From contig OY761822.1 of assembly GCA_963664945.1 (NCBI GenBank), positions 661,732-725,731 of the forward strand: a DNA stretch of 64,000 nt, read 5' to 3'. Each line of letters opens with the position of its first letter. Position 1 is the first letter of the stretch. Positions 56,907 to 64,000 of the stretch are shown here, piece by piece. The notes below the pieces were generated by a model that was given only the letters and a program-made list of their open reading frames with translations, was not told the DNA's origin and searched no databases. The position numbers and the translations under genes are program-made. The DNA is from Gammaproteobacteria bacterium (GTDB lineage: Bacteria > Pseudomonadota > Gammaproteobacteria > Steroidobacterales > Rariloculaceae).

Positions 56907-58103
56907 TCAATGACAAACGTTATTCGACAATCCGATCGTGAACGCGCCGATGCGATTATTGGCAGCCGCGATATAGCTGAGCCGCTGCCGCTCCAGGTCC
57001 ACAACCGCCACCTCCGGACTATCCGCCGACGCCAGATACGCCCGCCGCCCATCCGCTGACCCGGCCGCATCCAACGGCGTGAAATTGAGCTCCCCCGAAT
57101 CCACAACCGACCGAACATTGTTATCAAAGATGTAGTAATTCCGGTTCTCCGAACTAGCCAACAGGTTCATCCGGTCAAATCGCCCCACCGTGACCAAGTC
57201 GATCCCCTCACCAACAACAACATCGCTGAACTCCGTAAACAGGTGCTGCTCGATGGAGACGAAGCGGCCGGTGGCCTTGTCCATCATGTAGAGGAACACC
57301 CCTTCGGGCGTCGTATACGGTCTCGCCGGGCTCTCTCCGACTTCGAACGTTTTGTAGATGACCTTCGAAAACGCATTCACCCCGTAGACCTCGCCGGTGG
57401 TCTCGTTAGCAACGTATACATACCGCCCATCCAGGCTACGACTCGGCGATGACAGCACCTGCCCCGGCTCATCAGCAACCGGAATCTCGTATGTCCTATG
57501 CACGTTACTGTCGATCAGCCCAATAGTCCCGTCCCGGCTGTTGCTGTACCAGATATCCACCTCGTTGGGATCGAAGAGCACATCGGACGTGGGCGGCAGA
57601 TCTTCCAGCGTGAACAGGATCTGGCCGCCGTAAGCCGAGAACAGCACAAAGCCGCCGTCCTCGTCGTCGGTGAAGCCGATCTTGGAGCCGGTGGTATCGA
57701 GCACCATGTGCCTCGGGGCGATGGGCAGTTCCACCTGCTTTGCGACGGTCTTGTTTCGCAGGTCGTACATGCTGACCAGGCGCTTCTCGACGTTGGTGTA
57801 GATAAGCACCGGCGCGAACGGTGTCGCCACCATGTGGTCGACGCGGTCTTCTGTCTCGATACGGAACACGACTTCGTTCCGGACCATGTCGATCACGTCG
57901 ATGACCGGGTCCACGGCGTCGGCGGCGAACATCAGCCGCTGCGGGTTGGAGATATCCACGTCTTGGGCGGCCAGGGGCGGCGGACTCAACAGAAGTGCGG
58001 CCAGCGGCAGCGGGCCAAGCAGAAGTGCGACCAGGGGTAGCGAGCCAGGCAGAAATCGGGAAACCATTCCCGTCAGCCCGGCCATTTTCGCGAAAGGACC
58101 CAT
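56907..58103 (-). CDS. Periplasmic beta-propeller repeat protein (YVTN/lactonase-like)
   Basis: Signal peptide ending ...PLAAQD. Repeated strand motifs (RYVYVANETTGEVYGV, RAYLASADSPEVAVVDL). Start is one of three close ATGs (58103/58085/58067). Confidence 0.6.
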   Translation of the reverse strand: MGPFAKMAGLTGMVSRFLPGSLPLVALLLGPLPLAALLLSPPPLAAQDVDISNPQRLMFAADAVDPVIDVIDMVRNEVVFRIETEDRVDHMVATPFAPVLIYTNVEKRLVSMYDLRNKTVAKQVELPIAPRHMVLDTTGSKIGFTDDEDGGFVLFSAYGGQILFTLEDLPPTSDVLFDPNEVDIWYSNSRDGTIGLIDSNVHRTYEIPVADEPGQVLSSPSRSLDGRYVYVANETTGEVYGVNAFSKVIYKTFEVGESPARPYTTPEGVFLYMMDKATGRFVSIEQHLFTEFSDVVVGEGIDLVTVGRFDRMNLLASSENRNYYIFDNNVRSVVDSGELNFTPLDAAGSADGRRAYLASADSPEVAVVDLERQRLSYIAAANNRIGAFTIGLSNNVCH

Positions 58104-58123
58104 GCGCTCGCCCAGGTTAATCA

Positions 58124-59497
58124 CTAACTCAATCCCAGATACGGATAGATGAGGTCGCTGACCGTATGGAAATTGTCGGTGACCAGAATCAGACCGAAGA
58201 TGATGATGATGGCCATGCTCGCGAGGCTCAGCGGTCTCGCGTTGCCCGCGAGGAACGTGAGGATGCTGTCCATCTTCGAGATGTACCAGGCCGACAGCAG
58301 GAACGGTATCGCGACGCCGACTCCGAAGATCATCATGATGGCGGCGCCGATGTAGGGGCTGCCGATGGCGCCCACGTAGACCACGAGCGTGGCGACGATG
58401 GCGCCGCCGAAACAGGCGGTGCATCCCAGAGCGTATCCCATGGAGGTCAGCAACGCGCCCGCCCGGTCACGCAGCGACAGCGAATCCATGGCTCGGCGAT
58501 CGGGTATCCGGCAGGCGAAGTCGCGCGTGCCCCTGAACCCGACCCAGAGCCCCAGGAGGATGACGAGCAACCCCGAGATGACAGCCACCATGCGGCTGTA
58601 TTCGGAGAACGCAAGTTGGGCCTGGTGGCCCACGGCGCCGATGAAGGCGCCCGCCAGCGCGTACAGCAACAGGAATCCGAGCACGAAGGCGAAAGCGAGT
58701 TGCATGACCTTGCGCCGGATCACCGGCGTCAGTTGCGCCGTGCCGCCGGCCGAGGATCCGGGCACGGTGGCGAACCCGGCCATGACGCCGCCAAAGACCA
58801 CCACCAGTTGCAGCAGGCACGGCGTCAGTACCGACGACAACAGGCCCGCGCCCAGCGCAAGCACCGCAATCGGTGTGATATCCGCGCGCGACTTGAGTTC
58901 ATCCGGCAGGCTGTAGGGCGCCTCCCAGATGCCGACGAACGTGAGGTCCCGTTCAGTGCCGAGATATGGATTGGAAACGTACAGGCGCAGCCGGTCGGCG
59001 CCTTCCTGGGTGAGGATCTCGTTGCCGTCCGCATCTCGCTTGGGAAAGCTGTACACGCTCAGCCGGTGATGCTCGGCGATGCTAGGCCCGTCGGAAAGCT
59101 CGGGCATGTACTCCACCTCGCCGACCCGCAACGTCGCCGTGGGCACCTGGTCGATGAGGTCGCCGCGATGGATGGTTTCGCTGACGAAGAAGATCAGGTT
59201 CCGGTCCGGGCGCAGGTTGGCGATGATGGCGGCGCGGTCCACGTATTGGAAATACTCGTCCGTCGCGAAGGTGGCCGTGATCTCCAGGTCCGGAGTGCGG
59301 ATGAGTTCCCGGGTCAGGTATTGGGATACGGTGCCGGCCTTCATCAGGCGAGCCTGGTCGCCCACGCCTCGCAGTAGCTGTTGTCCCTGCACGAAATAGG
59401 GGAACACGAGCCACGTCAGGGCGATGGCGAATGCCACGAACAGGAGCGCGCCGAGCTGGACGGGATTGACGCGGCGGGTTGCGGTGGTTGTGGTCAT
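58124..59497 (-). CDS. Membrane protein: about 210-aa periplasmic N-domain fused to a CcdA/DsbD-type transmembrane thiol-disulfide transporter
   Basis: The C-terminal half has 6+ TM segments with LTPCLLQL and GCTACFGG cysteines, typical of CcdA. Confidence 0.7.
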   Translation of the reverse strand: MTTTTATRRVNPVQLGALLFVAFAIALTWLVFPYFVQGQQLLRGVGDQARLMKAGTVSQYLTRELIRTPDLEITATFATDEYFQYVDRAAIIANLRPDRNLIFFVSETIHRGDLIDQVPTATLRVGEVEYMPELSDGPSIAEHHRLSVYSFPKRDADGNEILTQEGADRLRLYVSNPYLGTERDLTFVGIWEAPYSLPDELKSRADITPIAVLALGAGLLSSVLTPCLLQLVVVFGGVMAGFATVPGSSAGGTAQLTPVIRRKVMQLAFAFVLGFLLLYALAGAFIGAVGHQAQLAFSEYSRMVAVISGLLVILLGLWVGFRGTRDFACRIPDRRAMDSLSLRDRAGALLTSMGYALGCTACFGGAIVATLVVYVGAIGSPYIGAAIMMIFGVGVAIPFLLSAWYISKMDSILTFLAGNARPLSLASMAIIIIFGLILVTDNFHTVSDLIYPYLGLS

Positions 59498-59509
59498 GTG
59501 GAGACTCGC

Positions 59510-60175
59510 CTACCCACCCTGGGTTATGGCCGCCGCGAGTTCTTCGCCCGGCGTCGAGAAATTGAAGACGTCGACGAGTCGGCCGTCTGGATCGATCAGG
59601 AACACGTTGGCGGAATGCTGCACGGTGTAGGCGTTCTGCGTCTTGGTCACCACATAGCTTACCCTGAAATTGTTGGCGGCGGCGTTGATCTGCGAGACGT
59701 TGCCGCTCAGCCCGATCATCCGCTCGCCGAAGCGCGAGGCGTATTGGTCGGCAATCTCGGGTGAGTCGCGTTCGGTGTCGACGCTGATGAAAATGCCCAC
59801 GGCGTCGGTGTCCCTGACCGCCTTGCCCATGTTCAGCACCATGAGCGGGCATACGTCGGGGCAGTGGGTAAAGCCGAAACCAAGGAGCACGTGGCTGCCG
59901 CGGAAGTCCTCTGCCGTGACGGTCCGGCCGTCGCGGTCCACCAGGCCGAATGCCACGACGATGTCCTCGAGCGGGTTGCCGAATATCGGCTCGGGAATCA
60001 TGGCGTATTCGTGGACATGCCCGGAGTCGTCGGCGCCACCTCGGGCGGCCGCGGCGCCATCTCGGGCGGCCACGGGGCCATCCTGGCCGGACGCCGCGCC
60101 CGATGCGCACAGCAACAGGCCCGCCGCCAGCGGGATCAATGCTCCCGAATCCATCGCCTTATGCCGTGCCAACAT
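59510..60175 (-). CDS. SCO1/SenC copper chaperone
   Basis: LLGFGFTHCPDVCP CxxxC motif and ...VQHSANVFLIDPDGRLV. N-terminal signal/anchor. Confidence 0.9.
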   Translation of the reverse strand: MLARHKAMDSGALIPLAAGLLLCASGAASGQDGPVAARDGAAAARGGADDSGHVHEYAMIPEPIFGNPLEDIVVAFGLVDRDGRTVTAEDFRGSHVLLGFGFTHCPDVCPLMVLNMGKAVRDTDAVGIFISVDTERDSPEIADQYASRFGERMIGLSGNVSQINAAANNFRVSYVVTKTQNAYTVQHSANVFLIDPDGRLVDVFNFSTPGEELAAAITQGG

Positions 60176-60324
60176 TTCTTCCCATCAGACTTGGACCCCG
60201 CCGCGAATTGATCGTTCCAGCAGGAACCGCAACCCGGCCAACACCTGGTGCTGTGTCAACCAAATCATGTCGTATCAGCGCGCCCACAAGCGCGCAGATC
60301 CGCAATTTACAGGCTGAACGAGCG

Positions 60325-62064
60325 CTAGTAGTCGAGGATAACCCCCTCAAACGGATTGATCCCGGCATGGAAATTGCCCTGGTCCCGAACCGTGCGCGAC
60401 TCGCCGTTTTCGTCGTAGTGCACCCAGATCAGCCCATGGGCGTCGCCGTTGCCGGGCATCTCGATCTTGCGGAGCAGTTCCTTGCTGTCCACGTCGTACA
60501 CGTAGATCCTGCCCTCGCCGTTGCTGGTGGCCCACATCTCCTTGCCATTGGGCGAGAGCAGAACATGGTCCAGCTTGTAGGCGCTGTAAAGGGTCTCGGT
60601 GGCGTGACCGGTCTGCGTGTCGATGATGGTGATCGTGCGGCCGAGATGGTGCGCCGCTTCGCCCTTGTCTGCGACCCAGAGCTCGGTTTCATCCGCGTTC
60701 AGCGCCCCGCCATAGGGCCCGATGCCGGTGCCGTTGGTCCAGATGACCTCGCCGGTGTCGATATCTACCTTGGCGGCCACTGAACTGCTCATGATCGGAT
60801 AGATGTACTCCTTGGCGTTGTCGATGACGGCCCAGTTGGGTCGGTAGCCCGGAATGGGATACTCCGTGACGACTTCCCAGGTTTCCGGATCGATCTTGGC
60901 GACCCAGAACGGACGCATGGCCAGGAGGTCACCCTGGTAGAGCCTTCTGACGCCCTGCATCCCGGTACCGCGTCCCGGTGCGTAGCCGGCAGGCTCCATC
61001 AGCGCGTAGATGTATTCGTAGTCCTTGTCGGTCCACACGGTGTAGATGTAGCCGCCCATGTCGACGTCCTTGATGCCGCCGAGGATCTCGTCGGTTTCCG
61101 GGTCGTAGAGGAACAGCCCCAGCCCGTCCTGATCGCGCACGAAGACATCGAACAGCACCTTGTCCCTGAAGACCTGGCCATGATGCAGCCGGGCGCCGAT
61201 GGTGACCTGCGCTACGGGCTGCAGTGTGAGGGCGTCGAGCTTGAGCATCGTCCAGGCGCCGGCCGGGTCCGGCGTTCCGTCGGCGGTGGGCTCCCGGGGG
61301 CCGACCATGTAGGCGTATTTGCCGTCGGGCGACATGGCCGAGGTGTGCACCACGGCTCTCAGGCTCTCCGGGATCATGTAGGTCGCAATGATCTCCATGG
61401 TCTCGGCATCGCCGACCACGAGCTGATTGCTCGGCGGCGGCGCGTAACCGTCGAACAGCACCGACGGCGAACTGGTCGTGCCCACGTTCTCGTAGAAGTA
61501 CGTCTTGCCCGGTTCGGGCGTGAACTTCGGCTCGCCGGGATCCCAGGTCGCCACGGTCCGCGAAGGGTACTCGCTCCAGACGCTGCCCTCGATGGACCGC
61601 CGCGTCCAGGTCTCCTGGACCGAGGCGAACGTCTCCACCGCCTCCACCTGCAGGTCCCGCGGCGTCTTGTTGAATTCCGCCTGCTCAGCCTGGTTCGCCC
61701 TGACCGAGGCCAGCGCATCGCGCCAACCCTGCACCAGGCCGATATCCGTCGGCAGGCCCGCCAGCGTGCGCACGTACATGGCGATCGCTTCGAGATCCGT
61801 GTCGCTGGGATCCATCTCCGCAACGATCACACCCATCATCGGGTTGTTTTCAAGCTGATCGAAGATGTCCACCGGCGCGGGGCCGAAGTGCAGCGTTGGC
61901 CCCACCAGCCCCTCGGCCGTCTCGCCATGGCACACCCAGCAGCCGATGTCGGCGTGGAAGAGTTCGCCGCCCCGCGCCACCAGTTCCTCCACCGTCTCCT
62001 GGGCGAGGGTGTGCGTGCTGATCAGCAAGCCAATGGACAGGCTTGAAAGGTATCTTCGTTTCAT
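60325..62064 (-). CDS. Secreted c-type cytochrome domain fused to a beta-propeller
   Basis: Signal MKRRYLSSLSIGLLISTHTLAQE. Haem motif CWVCHG. Then about 480 aa with propeller-like repeats rich in His. Confidence 0.65.
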   Translation of the reverse strand: MKRRYLSSLSIGLLISTHTLAQETVEELVARGGELFHADIGCWVCHGETAEGLVGPTLHFGPAPVDIFDQLENNPMMGVIVAEMDPSDTDLEAIAMYVRTLAGLPTDIGLVQGWRDALASVRANQAEQAEFNKTPRDLQVEAVETFASVQETWTRRSIEGSVWSEYPSRTVATWDPGEPKFTPEPGKTYFYENVGTTSSPSVLFDGYAPPPSNQLVVGDAETMEIIATYMIPESLRAVVHTSAMSPDGKYAYMVGPREPTADGTPDPAGAWTMLKLDALTLQPVAQVTIGARLHHGQVFRDKVLFDVFVRDQDGLGLFLYDPETDEILGGIKDVDMGGYIYTVWTDKDYEYIYALMEPAGYAPGRGTGMQGVRRLYQGDLLAMRPFWVAKIDPETWEVVTEYPIPGYRPNWAVIDNAKEYIYPIMSSSVAAKVDIDTGEVIWTNGTGIGPYGGALNADETELWVADKGEAAHHLGRTITIIDTQTGHATETLYSAYKLDHVLLSPNGKEMWATSNGEGRIYVYDVDSKELLRKIEMPGNGDAHGLIWVHYDENGESRTVRDQGNFHAGINPFEGVILDY

Positions 62065-62299
62065 ACCGGATAGCTCCTTGTTGGAATCCGACTTCGCTGC
62101 TGAGCATGGGCCGGCGCCACGCGGCTTCGACCGGACGGAAAAGTATAGCGCAGGCGTCATGTCGGAGCGCGTCGGCCACGAGTTGACCACGAACGGAACC
62201 CCGACAGGCCCCGTGCCCCCACAGAGAACCCCGCCTACGGCACCATACAGACCGGGATCTCCCGCAAGCCCCCGTGCCCCCGCGGAGAGTCCCTGCCGA

Positions 62300-63085
62300 T
62301 CAGGTCACGAGCACTTCGATCTCGCCGAGCCCCTCGATGCCGACATTGATCACATCGCCGCTGACGACCAGGCCGATGTTCTCGGGCGTCCCGGTCAGGA
62401 TGATGTCGCCGGCGGCAAGCTCGTAGTGCTGCGACAGGATCGAAATCCCTTCCTGCACGGACCATCGCTGCAGCGAAAGGTCCGAATCCTGTCTGAGCTC
62501 GCCGTTGACGCTGAGCCAGATCCGGCCATTCACCGCATGGCCGCGGGTCGCGACCGGATGCAGCGGACCGCAGGGCGCGGAGTTGTCGAAGGACTTGCTG
62601 ATCGCCCAGGGGCGCGACAGTTGCTGCGCGACCTGCTGCAGATCCTGCCGCGTCATGTCGAGACCGACGCCGTAGCCGAAGACGTGATCGAGCGCATCGG
62701 CAGGGTCGATGTCCTTGCCGCCGCTGTGCAGCGCCACGACCATCTCGCCTTCGTAGCGAAGCGCGCTCGTCATCGGCGGATACGGGAACCCGTTCCGATA
62801 GTCGGTCACGGCGTCGCGCGGCTTGATGAAGAAGAACGGCGGCGTCTCGTCCGGATTGTCGCCGCTCTCGATCGCGTGGGCCCGGTAGTTGCGGCCGAGA
62901 CAGTAGACGCGCCGAACCGGAAACCGTTGGCTGGAACCTGCTATTTCCATCGAAACGACATCCGGCGGGTCGATGACGTACTCCGGGGTCTGTCCCTGCG
63001 CATTTGCCGAAACGCCGGCCGCCGTGGCCAGGGCGGCACTTCCGGTCAGAAACCGGCGCCGGCTCGCATAATCCGTATCTTTCAT
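62300..63085 (-). CDS. Fumarylacetoacetate hydrolase (FAH) family protein with a twin-arginine signal
   Basis: MKDTDYASRRRFLTGSAALATAAGVSANAQG then FAH-like VYCLGRNY..H, FFIKP, ..YEGEMVV, GDIILTGTPE. SD AAAGGAAG upstream. Confidence 0.75.
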   Translation of the reverse strand: MKDTDYASRRRFLTGSAALATAAGVSANAQGQTPEYVIDPPDVVSMEIAGSSQRFPVRRVYCLGRNYRAHAIESGDNPDETPPFFFIKPRDAVTDYRNGFPYPPMTSALRYEGEMVVALHSGGKDIDPADALDHVFGYGVGLDMTRQDLQQVAQQLSRPWAISKSFDNSAPCGPLHPVATRGHAVNGRIWLSVNGELRQDSDLSLQRWSVQEGISILSQHYELAAGDIILTGTPENIGLVVSGDVINVGIEGLGEIEVLVT

Positions 63086-63145
63086 GATTGGGCTTCCTTT
63101 CTTTCGGATGTGAATCAATCTGGTCCGCACAAATCGATCTTGATT

Positions 63146-64000
63146 CTACGCGATCCTGAGCGCCGCCCGGCCCGTCACTTCGCCGTGCTCGACAAGTTCG
63201 TGCAGTTCCTCGGCTTCTTCCATCGGCCGGATATCGGTCATGATCGGCCAGACCTCGCCGCGGCTCATGAGGTCGTAGGTCTCGCGAATCTCCGTCGGCG
63301 TCACGTAGCGGCTGCCGAGGATGGCGAGTTCCTTGTGGAGCAGTTCCCTTGCGCTCAGGCTGAACGCCTCGCCGGCGCCGCCGAGCGTCACCAGCCGACC
63401 GCGCTTGCCGAGCGCACGGGCACCCGCCTCGAGCGTGCTCTTCGCGGACACGTAGTCGACGGCTGCGTCGACGCCCGCGCCGCCCGTCAGCTCCATGAGC
63501 GCTTCGACGACGTCCACCGACGACGCATCGACGACCTCGTCGGCCCCGGCATCGCGGCAGGCGTCGAACTTCGACGCTTTCGTATCCACCGCGATCACCC
63601 GCGCGCCGACCCATCGCGCCATCATGACCTGGTGGATGCCGAGTCCGCCGCCCGCGCCGAACACGGCGACGGTCTCGCCCTTGCGGATCCTTGCGTGGCG
63701 CAGCACCTTGTAAGGCGTCGCGAGCGCGTCCATCGCGACGCCCACATGCGCGGGCTGCCCCTGCCAGTCGAGCCCTTCCGGCAAGCGGATGAAGTTCCGC
63801 TCGGGCAGCTTGATGTACTCGGCATAACCGCCGTCGATCTCGCGGCCGACGAAACCGCCGAAGTTGTCGCACAGCGGCTGGAAGTCCTCGACGCACATCC
63901 GGCAGTGGCCGCAGTTGAGATAGAAGTACGACGTGACGATGTTGCCGATTTCCAGCGACTTGACACCGGCGCCCGCCTCGACGATCTCCGCGCAGATCTC
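63146..64000 (-). CDS. Zinc-type/MDR alcohol dehydrogenase family protein (N-terminus beyond the window)
   Basis: GETVAVFGAGGGLGIH Rossmann motif. The frame remains open to the window edge. Confidence 0.75.
   Translation of the reverse strand, partial: EICAEIVEAGAGVKSLEIGNIVTSYFYLNCGHCRMCVEDFQPLCDNFGGFVGREIDGGYAEYIKLPERNFIRLPEGLDWQGQPAHVGVAMDALATPYKVLRHARIRKGETVAVFGAGGGLGIHQVMMARWVGARVIAVDTKASKFDACRDAGADEVVDASSVDVVEALMELTGGAGVDAAVDYVSAKSTLEAGARALGKRGRLVTLGGAGEAFSLSARELLHKELAILGSRYVTPTEIRETYDLMSRGEVWPIMTDIRPMEEAEELHELVEHGEVTGRAALRIA

Noticed and set aside
62235-63896. 553-aa Arg-rich minus-strand ORF spanning the FAH and ADH genes
   Set aside because: It is an alternative frame across two well-supported genes. 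Its composition is typical of an off-frame high-GC translation.
1-64000. Search for CRISPR arrays, tRNA/rRNA genes, integrases, transposases and att-like direct repeats at the island edges (about 27.1 kb, 51.95 kb, 56.9 kb)
   Set aside because: None recognised by eye. The only tandem repeats are 15 bp x4, about 30 bp x2.5 and about 41 bp x2, which are far too short and irregular for CRISPR. Absence from a manual scan is not proof; tRNAscan/CRISPR finders should be run.

Overview
High-GC (about 60-65% from hand counts of a few lines) proteobacterial chromosome segment; the rhlB / trxA-rho arrangement suggests a gammaproteobacterium. It has three parts.

(1) 1-27.1 kb is ordinary core genome: rho, trxA, rhlB, a HAD hydrolase, cysQ, glk, a transporter, an EF-G paralogue, a fused 5-oxoprolinase, bfr/bfd, sohB, lipA, an OmpA-domain protein, gloA, and a moxR-DUF58-DUF4381-batA-batB-batD operon.

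(2) 27.2-56.9 kb is accessory DNA.
- Four type II toxin-antitoxin pairs plus orphan antitoxins.
- A roughly 5.5 kb scrambled zone. It holds four paralogous DUF4351/Rpn-C-terminal-like ORFs interleaved with fragments of EEP-family, parDE and SF1-helicase genes.
- A defence island containing:
  - a stand-alone HipA_C-like kinase coupled to a HipS-like/HIRAN-like protein;
  - a Type I R-M operon (hsdM-hsdS...hsdR) split by an OLD-nuclease/UvrD-helicase (Gabija-like) pair;
  - a DUF45/M48 gene;
  - a very low-GC NACHT-like P-loop NTPase;
  - a zeta/COG4185-like kinase with a degenerate Walker A;
  - an AAA_21 + RloB (AbiL-like) pair.

(3) 56.9-64 kb is a periplasmic redox/copper-type cluster: a beta-propeller, a CcdA fusion, SCO1/SenC and a cytochrome c-propeller fusion. 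It is followed by a Tat-signal FAH-family protein and a partial Zn-ADH.

I recognised no rRNA, tRNA, CRISPR array, integrase or transposase. The best candidates for an undescribed system are the permuted split-HipA/HIRAN pair (38.5-40.2 kb) and the low-GC P-loop NTPase region (52.2-54.7 kb). All family calls come from motif reading by eye; no searches were run.
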